A DNA stretch of 64,000 nucleotides from a virus. Its lineage: Duplodnaviria > Heunggongvirae > Uroviricota > Caudoviricetes. The stretch covers positions 47,108 to 111,107 of IMG/VR virus record IMGVR_UViG_3300033069_001366, one strand, 5' to 3'. The translations under genes were made by a program, and so were the position numbers. The first letter of the stretch is position 1; each line of letters opens with the position of its first letter. The notes beneath the pieces were generated by a model. The model was not told the DNA's origin. It saw only the letters and a program-made list of their open reading frames with translations, and searched no databases. Of the stretch, positions 12,201-18,641 are shown in pieces.

Positions 12201-13804
12201 TCCATTCCAAGACCAAAAGCCTTGTTAAGAAAGTTTTCTTTATATTGAGGAACACCATCTATTTCAACTTTATTACCTTGTTCATCAACAGCTTGTTTTG
12301 GTCTTGCTAAAATATCAAAAGGTTTTCTGATATGTTGAAAAATAGCACCTGTAGCTAAACCTGCAGTAAATTCTTTAAGACCTTCGTTACTCAGTACATA
12401 ATCAAATCCTGCACCTAAAGATCCTAATAAATCGCTATCTTTACCTTGATAAATATCTTTATAATAATCAGTTACAGATTTAGTAACTAATGCCTGATAA
12501 GATTCTTCTACACCTTCCCATGAGGTATTTTTTAAACCAGAACCAACTGCCATTAAAGCCCCTTTTATTCCTTGCCTCTTTACAGGCTCTTCTACTGCTG
12601 CTTCTAAACCTTTAACAACAAGTTTAGCCTCATTCTTGCTTATTCCTAGAATTCTACCAAGACTTGTAGCAGCAAGTTTTTCAAATGATTTAGGAGCAAC
12701 CATATTACCAAACTGTACAAAGTTACTTGCCATTAAAAATGGTGTCTCAAATTGAATAGTCCTTCTAGCAATATTATCACCAGCAGCATTAATTCTTTTT
12801 AATTCTTCTGAATTAGGGAGCCTTCCATTCTTTCTAAAAAAGTCTTGTGTCTGGGATTCTACAAAATCATTTTTTGCCATTGCTCCTTCAAGAGTTGACT
12901 CAGATAAAGCACCATTCATTATTCTATATCCCTGACCTATTCCTTGTAGTGTTTTTCCTATATTTTTAGCAGCTATACCACCTTTTATAGTATTATAAAT
13001 TTTCTTAATATTATAATAATCTGATATTGCCTTATATGCAGTTCTCGCATTTTTGAATAAAGCTGGAACTGCACCAATTCCCTCTGTTGCAGCAGATATT
13101 GCTGCAGTTTCAGTAAGTGCTGCTCCAATAGTACCTAATGTAAAACCAATAGATTGTCCTGCTTCTTCCCAATAGTCACCTCTATATAATTCATACCATT
13201 TAGTAGGTTTATCTGTTTTATAATCAGGATACAAATCTTCTAGTGCTTCCATTCCTTTTACATACTCTTGGAATCTAGGTTGGTTTGCTAAAACAGCTAA
13301 ATCAAGTTTATGTACGTTAGATAAAACATCTGCATATTCCATGAAATAATTTCCATATTGAAACTTAGTAGTATTCCACATTTTTGCGAATACACTTTGT
13401 AAAGATTCAAATGAAGATTCATGAAAATCATATTGAGCATCCATTATATCATTTGGTAGCTCTGGATTAAACCCTACTTTTGCATAAAGCTCTGGGTCTC
13501 TCTCATATCTTGAGCTTTGTTTAGCACTATAACCTCTAAACATTAGAGGTTTGGAAGGTGATGGTTTGAACGTAGGATTAGACATTACATCTGATAATAT
13601 CTTCAATGTATCAGGATTAGTCTTATCAAGAGATAGACTTACTGCATCTTTTACATTAGATGGAGTAATTTCCTCACCTGATAATCTACCTAAAATATTA
13701 TTATACTCCTCTAAACCTGGAGGTATAGGAAGCTTTGATGGTAAATCTTCTGGCATCACAACATTAAGAGGTGAGCCTACTGAACTATCAATTGGATTTG
13801 GCAT
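218..13804 (-). CDS. Giant multidomain virion protein (4528 aa), candidate crAss-like virion-packaged RNA polymerase with a beta-prime-like DPBB domain.
   Basis: The ORF is 13.6 kb and uninterrupted. The motif GSDFDIDK lies at about residue 3630 (plus about 2898-2920) and resembles the NADFDGD-type catalytic Asp triad of two-barrel RNAPs. It sits at the end of a block of large virion proteins. Confidence 0.6.
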   Translation of the reverse strand: MPNPIDSSVGSPLNVVMPEDLPSKLPIPPGLEEYNNILGRLSGEEITPSNVKDAVSLSLDKTNPDTLKILSDVMSNPTFKPSPSKPLMFRGYSAKQSSRYERDPELYAKVGFNPELPNDIMDAQYDFHESSFESLQSVFAKMWNTTKFQYGNYFMEYADVLSNVHKLDLAVLANQPRFQEYVKGMEALEDLYPDYKTDKPTKWYELYRGDYWEEAGQSIGFTLGTIGAALTETAAISAATEGIGAVPALFKNARTAYKAISDYYNIKKIYNTIKGGIAAKNIGKTLQGIGQGYRIMNGALSESTLEGAMAKNDFVESQTQDFFRKNGRLPNSEELKRINAAGDNIARRTIQFETPFLMASNFVQFGNMVAPKSFEKLAATSLGRILGISKNEAKLVVKGLEAAVEEPVKRQGIKGALMAVGSGLKNTSWEGVEESYQALVTKSVTDYYKDIYQGKDSDLLGSLGAGFDYVLSNEGLKEFTAGLATGAIFQHIRKPFDILARPKQAVDEQGNKVEIDGVPQYKENFLNKAFGLGMDKIQKERYIANLKKTAAFLNAQGIADIFKTDGFLDFIKDRRTQYVAGKFIDKNDIFNLKNAQNIQLLRFLYNGLQTGKIDLQIEKMKNLASMDFETLANTLQIDKEEYLTPESQEQLMSSIKNFSSNLQENSKEFEKIFENQKKLIQSDFEVAATAYSNAKDKYDSFLLTLPKNDKGEVDVDNLDPAIFNELQEIYGEFNLHQIAMIGLTEMHKASVFSQANMLNAAKEAKKILSKLNDKSLSSDPYDLNSKADYSFLEDIFFLGNTKPLIDNLTKRLQIETNEDRKNYIEEALSRLDNIKTLVEKKQYPIEELADEIQGYVEASIKTQGSWENTAPLSRRVEDFNRSKRDDLIDYLKYQKNYQDNLDLNNFLATGNTKYIRFNDQIANFLVPLAKEFAKSKEKEEQAEEDLKKAEEKLQTAEEQPQTQEEPTKEETPEINPDENTLKTFINALDSNDKDTADQLEQAVGNMDKGFVRGYLQKEYPKLANPAVVRKAISTIFNEDLLPEPSEGEKNSQAYKDIYGTKEKAPESKPEVKIEDVGDSYDIKYNNQTYAVFKDEPDLFWIEDENEQINPIKNEDVPKIVKDEFQRFINNIPPAGKSPEDIAKDGKIEEFKKAEPLEDTPEVGDNDSINIPPSDGDKDFFEFPQKDSEENIISHFVDLSRQQGEIATVTVNPQELAEGGGLTTESDKLARKQHYILEKIAENPQPIKLKFELLTDENKKFSLETKFTTIPEIVAFLADEQGNYLYFNDKGDIVEKEEGTIHGFRFEFELFTKANLNISRSSKITKKPGSIKSGFKSDKDPQTLLYEALHNKVPILGTVGYILAGRLLTSNLEDNSFASGGAKWENMRTVQQMVDDNDITEQDFDVKIDGYTVDYVRGSWDSGPNNDGSLTQRIKIGRPYIYDIPSKLYIPLQGTSLREMVFDNGEKITSDTRLYGAIQVLSDKGVLRLEDEYKGNKLFENSDEYLEFFSFLRTFAYSKYANIHFNSDGNIEIKFNTSVPGRGGLWDMEINYSRGLFDTFELKIPLSNNATISAQNFLYNNFRSGAIKAKVGPSDTRFVKINKRLLFKLDLNEDGLISVQNVKEPTSGVNEDNLEVGLYQLKKDPSIKIRVSSIKGNTIELEDGQQMPKKVLMENYVKVEEKKEIIRTTIQTEVANKIKTYHKQAQTFANKAGKARFRASNIVRPFEEIKSLDPNIYINLGTAVDEIFKMVTNGEIPNLDTQFIVGNSKVKLSSIMTADTLTRYIKNFQNIIDQLSDEYYLIPAVKTFMEFNTERFTHGEVDVIGIDKNGNVKVFDVKVTSDKLTKPGKYGNITKLENYATQLHIYRESLKKAGFSVDPISTLINFTYTTVLKAQNDNNLLPVAPSNLNVDYIDLKESDLPDIYRGKTVLGITYAYDFTISQLNIASSYESIREATIKIDENNTGIPEQPTFGNKDEVEPLEMVFNNRYEEIDWGKMKPQLEHVQRMFKGKFKYRLSAMVHDKTAAYWTTQGTTFYKRFLDGVAYHEGWHEFSQLYLTREQKNILYTSIQKEAIPYIDEKGNARNTKDSTFMEIEEFLAYEFMRFAKDPASYSFPKNPEKYKGIKGIFQRLWDFIKFIFNYRPLAERYFNDLYNGSIEKYTRSVSNVMFSGLNAGIYDRDGNNIILPSRIPLYIKSVDGIVSDLLRKMGLAPNFLRVLKRPETLKSNVRRALQDAHEKILKEFSYPESKYTYYMDAINNDEESIVNRTAKINGLNIDYVRQRINTAKEMDNLLEENNFNIFYDAYLSRSSIQALRDIIVNNPTPLEDKTIQDIEKEVNELDDTFIEVIDGDMDEIGSETESKKTSTYNKGANDEDAFDKASKQIKDYFLSLPQVDSIDSNGNFVFKYNELGLKELVDSKTMFNNVKEMLKNTRTIEDMILVLKSEAFVKKFPQARFIANDLETLSSKIDNAENFAFINSFTNIMSLPHITNYELFVDYDRNPDKHKLVASVGELNRRGINKKLAKWRSNFNAVKLDKETGTINDELTLNKLKTDTSLKNLVYNIDGILRLNPFFPFSEVADEKEFFRYIGIELSEEFWDSELSSTARELFNFMIKNFQIYRSYLDTVMANVSDLVDFQKIASNEDKEAAYSRKKAIRSFLMGHTFDKINNKEVNPVYITKIDNPIGFFKDRKYIDFKGSVYEIYSLMKNFSDLIKIDSRFAIENLNSSYVSGDGKTKYPAYEKSLITERTHFLNSVRNVKDFDFQEELSPINPNKKTYLQRTLFYKLMFDKDGNRNNYWFGKKETFQKVKIELSDLSSFRFKQSGLYQTVHPNDLNEHDRVFFDILMFLESGKFEIPRAADSSTAFAFGLNNYGSRQHGIGQKEVYMAITPAEASMTKDEITGKKLQQIFGDYFLMELEKIQYYKKNESKYKDKIKFNIFDGIIENPGEILDKIGKKSIDDIFTEHKEGVFKNLAEYFTNIINELEKGNDGVNLKNLSSRQISILKNVHVRGANVETVTNDDTSKKMSEQEIEETKKQTATVGSDVNTALPSIAKLYVLNHFINRVEYYSWVLGDAGSFDNVFKRGKASTNTGTQIIITPSINKELNKLSEKSLGALKGFKQKDFRKLTSWTIKEMKLNSPYIASIDRNMENYRKQTGSDIKIETEQYNDIKVGNGQAKMSLDSYRIMKTLHNAWSPSDENEYNRQVAIYRKHHGLYEEGESGDLLRKQDEELIKTPFKGFNPLKMSHTGPYIFTDESHPLETSFDKMSLEVLIPEFLLGTGYGDEAVMEQLIENNGDYVKFQTVEKGVKGEVINFFKEDGTHDKKNGILHSGNASVFLRSNFKTQLSTDQFKKTNIVGIQQKNSLFDVKYTKELLSDPVEYAKILKNEENYHQAFENLMYYKSQVLYNQIGVRIKNGKATLISEERFSSFLKKMAKQGKLPNNVLDALDLNEQTGEYNLDFSKLFSRARLMKSIGGIIDEETRILRLPGTAAIQVTAAGKSLFRNASVEELQQYRETGERLQYYDFVYDKEGNIVSTSPMGIKITLQGDFKNLLNLEYNGKKIKTLDNLNKAIKNKEWKAKHMDKLMVYAYRIPTNNNNFIDVGEIMEFLPESAGNIIITPPEYIVKTGSDFDIDKSNLIFPSIRKDGSLYDSKTKARNINQIFADINAITSDISEYSRMQSEIANFNRQFTKDLKQLDKFEETLMQVILFDLSQIDKDNFDRVYNRSNGIFNEIVNNYKEEIELDDTLSSYMRTLKTLQEKISEYSQKPRKNVDKRFEGLLEELSVYYKSNSNDVLKSSIDTVLNKHYYPLLVNPSSTKNMRAVIEKIQKLTKREIIEPNALTGSQKISYLIEQKIHRDYNVHQGSLGLYAIMRRSFSMLNFAGLKANDTWKYAGMTKDYTMKISNPLKQDNDNSFGAYSEDLMFIANIWDEFMSLTIDLQADPIYSIAGINDINKKIFIYLVSKGVSVENVLLFLNQPILIELYETFRKGRAFYGSVYKLSHAIYFTANSNNIPIMFEGKNMNDTTTTTYATLEDGRILVELNPSVRRPGAVLSSQFDQATKFSKEEMEESFTKPNKELQADILKYFAIADTEAAMFSGLLYNLSADRIKDVNIYSIEDQEIALDKIKNSGFFNIEGIEKLTNQRSIYSIFNPSKTIKVLSDIFYNKSFGAGYQTMIRNILSKAFERKTVKTEMIDVIENDFLEYIYKNYYNLDIEIYDPISNTRKHISEYLVQDPNKVIDLKNKSEDKLKTLSERKMSYNFSKYFIQNIYNISKKEDFVSYGQKLKALIKRYPSLEKIQFVKSLKEENKSPMFNFDNETSRNPLDNYVASNLFFERDDNDVNNLNTLVEEFKNLMTFNPVHFLLPEEFSPEDRINISTFFTELAYLSLYQSGASNVSDNFSDLLPTDFWMFFIDTAINNYKEEMGELPGQVLSEQDQLLKAMKKRNEMKMFALMFIENNKRYNWNVYKMMYGIKDLFNPESEQDSKKRRAKEKDIQFFHNFTSGKNYSIEFNKSRFDISDQQIPC

Positions 13805-16484
13805 TTTTCTTTTTTATATATTCTGTAATTGAATTTTGTAATTTTAACATCTTATCTGCAAAGACACTATTAAAATTCGCAATATTATCATCATAGTATC
13901 TTTCTACCACCTCTTTTAAAGATGAAGTTCCTGGATAATTTGATATAATCATTGCTTCTATCTGAGCCTCTGTAAAATATGGATCTTCTTTATCCTTGGC
14001 AGCAGGATTAATTATCTTATTTGATAAGAAAATCTTTGGCATTATATTATTTTCTGAACCCATATTTACAACCTTTACTTGAGTTCCTAACTTTGGTAAG
14101 TCTTGTATTGCAATGACAGCACCTGGAAAAGCCACATGTTTTAAATTTCCTTGTTTTGACATCCATTTTGTATCTATAAATTTTCCATCAGGTTGAACAT
14201 ATAACTTAAAGTTTTTATATTCATTTACAGCATTTTTATTATCTTTAGTTTCATTTATTGCAAATGTAAGATAAGGATAAGTTTCATCAATTCCTGGAGA
14301 ATGTATTGTATATGATACGACATCTTTTTGATTACTTTTTAAGAAATCTACAAAATCTTCAGAACCTTTATATTTACCTTCTGTTTCTCTTATATAATTT
14401 GCATCAATGGTAGCCATTTGTAAAATACGATTACTTTGAGCATCATCTCCTTTGCCTGGACCAAATTGGAAAGTTTCCATTGCGGTATTAGCTCTTCTTG
14501 CACCTATTGAGAGATATAAACCTCTCATTTTATTATCTACTACTTCTTTGAAAGATTCAAATGAGGGAATTATAAAATTTGAGTAAATTATATCTGATTC
14601 TCCTCTTACTGTTTTTGCAGATTTTTCTCTTCTTACTGTTTTTACATATGTTGGATTGTTTTGGTATTTTTCCCAAGCTTTTTTAATTTCATCATCACTA
14701 ATAAGAGTTTTGCCACCATCTGTAAAGTATCTAGATAACTCTCCTAAATATGTAGGAGTATCTCTTAAAACCTGAGTATGTATATTTAATCTATGTTTTT
14801 GTGCGTCATTTATATGTCTTTGTAAGACTGCTGCTGTTTCCTGACCTTTTGGTTTACCATAAATATCTGTTACTACATCTGACGTAAAGTCAGGATTTGC
14901 TAACATCATTCTTGATAAATCTGAATATAGTTGAGGAACTGTTTTCTTTTTAAATGCATTTTTATAATCTTCTACTGTAAGGTTTATAGAAGATGGTTGC
15001 ATTTTTCCATCAGCGACCATTTTATTTGTAAAATTAAATGCAAATTTTGCAAGCTCATCTACTTCCTCATCAATAAGAGCATGATTATCTCCGATAGTTC
15101 TTGTGTCCATTTCTTTCTCAGAAAGTCTATCAAGTGCTGCAGGACTCAGTAATGTTGATATAGTTGCTTTTTTAAGTTCTATATCATTGTTATTAAGAAG
15201 ATAATCTTTTGCAGCCTTTACTTTTTGATCATTTGATTCTAATGCTGCATCTTGAGGTCTAGCTTCTGGAACTACACCAGTTCCTTGGAAAGGATTTTCT
15301 AGTTGTTTTTTTTCTCTTTCGTTTTTTTCTCTTGCTATTTTAAGATTTTCTAAAGCAATCTCATAGTTTTGTTGTGCTATAAGGGCTTTATTTTCTTCAT
15401 AATCAATATCAATATCTTCATACGCAAGATTATCAGATATTTTTTGTATACCTGTTGCTAATCCTAACTTTTCTACAAGTTCTCTATTCTTAGCTAGATT
15501 ATTAACATCAGAAAGACCACTCAGTGTTTGAATATATTGAGCTTTATCAGTATTTGCTTTTGTTATTTTACCAGTTAGATTCTTCAGTGATTCCTCATAA
15601 GTTGATATTTCACTAGGATCAGTAGCCCTGCTTTTTGCGTAAGATAGTTTTGCTTCTGCTATTTTTAAATCATTAATATGAGTATCATAGAAATTACTAG
15701 CAAGTCCTTGATAATAATTATCAATATTCTCAGGATTTGCAGTAAGCTGGCTATAATAGTTATTTCTAGCCTCAACTCTAAGTTGTTCTTTAAGTTGTGG
15801 GGAACCCATTTCATCAAGCAAAGCCTGAAGTCTTATTTTATCTACTCCTGATTTAGTTGTTTTAATAAGAGTATATGGATTACCTGATTCTGACCAATCT
15901 ACAATACCTCTTTCTTTTGCAATACTCATTATATTTTTCAACTCACCACTTATATCTACATAAGGTGTATATCTTGATACTTGTCCAAGTTTTTGCCAAC
16001 CATCTGCTCTATTTAATGCAGATGTAAGTAAACTTTTTTCAAAGAGAATATTCTGCATAGAAGCAGGATTGTAATTTTTACCACCTTTTTCATCTCTTGA
16101 CCTTAAAGCTTTAGAATACTCAGTGTCAAGAGTCTTAACAGTCATATCTTCTCCTGCAATATTATTATCATCAAATAAGGGTTTAAGTAGATTCAAACCT
16201 TGTCTTTGTACAGAAGGATCACCTAAGTTCATTGAATTTAGCTTAACTAGTTGACTTTCAGCATTTTTCATGAAGTCATCTCTTCTTTTTTTATTATCGT
16301 CTGTAACAAGATTTAAATCACGAGCATCTTGATACCTATTTTTTACTTTCAAAGCACCTTGGTCCCAATATTGGTTTTGAGCTACAAGGGATTTAAAAAT
16401 ATCATTTACAGGCAACTGGTAAGGGCGAAATGTATTCGCACTTTGATAGTCATTCTGTACATATGGGGATGTTGAAACTGCCAT
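13788..16484 (-). CDS. Large virion-associated protein (898 aa), function unknown.
   Basis: Long ORF whose stop overlaps the start of the giant ORF by 17 nt, suggesting coupling. It has coiled-coil-rich segments. Confidence 0.55.
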   Translation of the reverse strand: MAVSTSPYVQNDYQSANTFRPYQLPVNDIFKSLVAQNQYWDQGALKVKNRYQDARDLNLVTDDNKKRRDDFMKNAESQLVKLNSMNLGDPSVQRQGLNLLKPLFDDNNIAGEDMTVKTLDTEYSKALRSRDEKGGKNYNPASMQNILFEKSLLTSALNRADGWQKLGQVSRYTPYVDISGELKNIMSIAKERGIVDWSESGNPYTLIKTTKSGVDKIRLQALLDEMGSPQLKEQLRVEARNNYYSQLTANPENIDNYYQGLASNFYDTHINDLKIAEAKLSYAKSRATDPSEISTYEESLKNLTGKITKANTDKAQYIQTLSGLSDVNNLAKNRELVEKLGLATGIQKISDNLAYEDIDIDYEENKALIAQQNYEIALENLKIAREKNEREKKQLENPFQGTGVVPEARPQDAALESNDQKVKAAKDYLLNNNDIELKKATISTLLSPAALDRLSEKEMDTRTIGDNHALIDEEVDELAKFAFNFTNKMVADGKMQPSSINLTVEDYKNAFKKKTVPQLYSDLSRMMLANPDFTSDVVTDIYGKPKGQETAAVLQRHINDAQKHRLNIHTQVLRDTPTYLGELSRYFTDGGKTLISDDEIKKAWEKYQNNPTYVKTVRREKSAKTVRGESDIIYSNFIIPSFESFKEVVDNKMRGLYLSIGARRANTAMETFQFGPGKGDDAQSNRILQMATIDANYIRETEGKYKGSEDFVDFLKSNQKDVVSYTIHSPGIDETYPYLTFAINETKDNKNAVNEYKNFKLYVQPDGKFIDTKWMSKQGNLKHVAFPGAVIAIQDLPKLGTQVKVVNMGSENNIMPKIFLSNKIINPAAKDKEDPYFTEAQIEAMIISNYPGTSSLKEVVERYYDDNIANFNSVFADKMLKLQNSITEYIKKKNAKSN

Positions 16485-16496
16485 AATTTTGCAAAT

Positions 16497-16925
16497 TTAT
16501 TTATGTGATATTAGATAATACAATGCGTTTTCTATATTTGATTGATTATCTTTAAATGAACCTAAACCTTTATTACACAAAGAACAGAGTAAGCCTCGTA
16601 CTTTTCCTGTTTTATGATCATGATCTACACATAAACTCTTATTTAGTTCTGATTCTGGAGTACCACAAATAGCACATTTTCCTACTTGTTCAAAGTATAT
16701 TTTGTCATATTCTTTCTTTGTAAGATTATACTTACTTATGACAAATTTTTCTCTATAGTACTCTTTAGGATAAATTTTCCTACTTTTAGGGTAGGACTTT
16801 TGCTTTTGACATAAACATTCTTTACAGGAACCTGTAAAATATCCATCTGATTTAGGATAAAATTCAGATATTGTTTTCTGAATTTTACATATTTTACAAA
16901 CTTTTTCCTTTATATTATGTTTCAT
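16497..16925 (-). CDS. HNH, endonuclease-VII type homing endonuclease (142 aa).
   Basis: Motif CAICG...LCVDHDHKTGKVRGLLCSLCNKGLG, which is the canonical DHDH-TG-RGLLC-CN-LG endo VII/HNH_3 signature. An N-terminal Cys pair suggests a zinc finger. Confidence 0.75.
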   Translation of the reverse strand: MKHNIKEKVCKICKIQKTISEFYPKSDGYFTGSCKECLCQKQKSYPKSRKIYPKEYYREKFVISKYNLTKKEYDKIYFEQVGKCAICGTPESELNKSLCVDHDHKTGKVRGLLCSLCNKGLGSFKDNQSNIENALYYLISHK

Positions 16926-16970
16926 AAACTACAAAGATATTGATTAATTGTATGATTTCCAATTAATCTT

Positions 16971-18641
16971 TTATGTTAATTTAGATTTTAAAAGTGACAG
17001 AATTGCAACTTGTACCTTTGGATCATATGATTTATAATTTCCAATCATCTCATTTAAAAGCTTTGAGAATTGATCATCATCAACATCTCTAAAATCTTTC
17101 TTATTTCTTAAGAATTGACCTGTTTTATAATCAAATCTCCAAGCTGGATTCTTTTGAGTAGCCATCATATATGCTAAAGATTGATTAGTCTCTACATCTC
17201 TCATTCTATTATTCATAAACTGATCCCACATGTAGTTCTTCATGTTATCATAGTTCTGTTGACCAGTTATAGACTCTCTATAGTAATTCTGATCATTCTG
17301 CATATCTGTAAGGGTTTTCTGAGTTTTTAATTGAGTATTAAATTGTCTAGAACTATTTATAATCTGTGAGTTTTGATTATCATATTGGTTTCTTATAGTT
17401 GGAGCTTTATCCAGTAAAGATGCCCATATATCATTTGCCTGTGCATTACCAAGTATAGGATTTAATGCAGATGTAGCTCCAACTTGTTGATTAGCAAGAC
17501 CTTTCATGTCTGCTATAGTTTGCTCTGGATTAAGTAAAGAAGGGTCCATGTAAGTAGTATTAAATCTACTTCTCATAGGCATATACCTTTTTACAGAGGC
17601 TGCTTTTAGTGCATTATAAGCTTGACTTTCCTTTTGATAAGGAGTAAACTCCCACGGAATTTTCATAAATGAATCTGGTTTTTCATCTATTTTACCAACT
17701 CCTATATCTGGAGTAGCATATCCAATTTCCCCAGGAGTTATTTTTATTTCTAACTGTTTATTATATGGATTACCTGAAGTTTTTTCAGGAACACCAGAAA
17801 CTTTTGTATTAGTACTAGTTTGTGGAGGAGTAGTTGCTACGGGAGGAGTTGTTGTCTGTGTAGTTACTGACTGAGTACCTGTAGGAATATATCTTGGCAT
17901 ACCTCTAAATCCAGCTAATGGATTTAATCTATATCCTTCTGGGATCACTTCTTTCTTTTGGTCAAAAAATGTAGATAATCTTCCCCAACCACCTGCCACT
18001 TGAAACTTAGGAAGAATTCTTCCACCGTACTTCATATATTGTTTACTTTCCATAATATCTTCTTTTATATCTTTGTCAAATACAGGTGCAGTATTTGTAG
18101 AAAATGCAGGAGTACCATCTGGAAATCCTTTTTTGGATTCTTGTATGTATCCTATTTGTCCTAGTTTTTCAACATACTTTTCTAACATCATAGATGAACT
18201 TCTTTTAGCTAAATCATCCTTTTTAGGATCTAAAAGGTTCTGAACCAATGCATTATAATGCTTAGTATCAATATTTCTTTTAAGTACCTCTGCAGGAGTA
18301 TTCTTTTTGCCTGTTTTTAGTTCAAACATTTCTTGTTCATCATTAGATATATTCATTGACTTATGATCAGAAAATACAAAAGATCCTCCTTTAAGGTATA
18401 CATCTGTACCACCTTGAGAGTGCTTTTTACCCTTTGCTTTGAATAATGCAGATAAATCAGGATTGAGTATTATCTCTCCTTCCTCTACTTCTACATTAGC
18501 TGCATAAGGATTCTCATCAATAGAATCATTGATTTTTGGATTATCATTATGTAATGATGGTAATTTACTAGGATCGTTCTGATAGTACTTTCCTGTAAAA
18601 TGGTACATATTTTTGTACGATTTGTTATCTCCTACTCCCAT
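16971..18641 (-). CDS. Virion-associated protein (556 aa) with a Thr/Pro-rich linker.
   Basis: ORF containing a TQSVTTQTTTPPVATTPPQTSTNT low-complexity linker. It overlaps the next gene by 10 nt. Confidence 0.55.
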   Translation of the reverse strand: MGVGDNKSYKNMYHFTGKYYQNDPSKLPSLHNDNPKINDSIDENPYAANVEVEEGEIILNPDLSALFKAKGKKHSQGGTDVYLKGGSFVFSDHKSMNISNDEQEMFELKTGKKNTPAEVLKRNIDTKHYNALVQNLLDPKKDDLAKRSSSMMLEKYVEKLGQIGYIQESKKGFPDGTPAFSTNTAPVFDKDIKEDIMESKQYMKYGGRILPKFQVAGGWGRLSTFFDQKKEVIPEGYRLNPLAGFRGMPRYIPTGTQSVTTQTTTPPVATTPPQTSTNTKVSGVPEKTSGNPYNKQLEIKITPGEIGYATPDIGVGKIDEKPDSFMKIPWEFTPYQKESQAYNALKAASVKRYMPMRSRFNTTYMDPSLLNPEQTIADMKGLANQQVGATSALNPILGNAQANDIWASLLDKAPTIRNQYDNQNSQIINSSRQFNTQLKTQKTLTDMQNDQNYYRESITGQQNYDNMKNYMWDQFMNNRMRDVETNQSLAYMMATQKNPAWRFDYKTGQFLRNKKDFRDVDDDQFSKLLNEMIGNYKSYDPKVQVAILSLLKSKLT

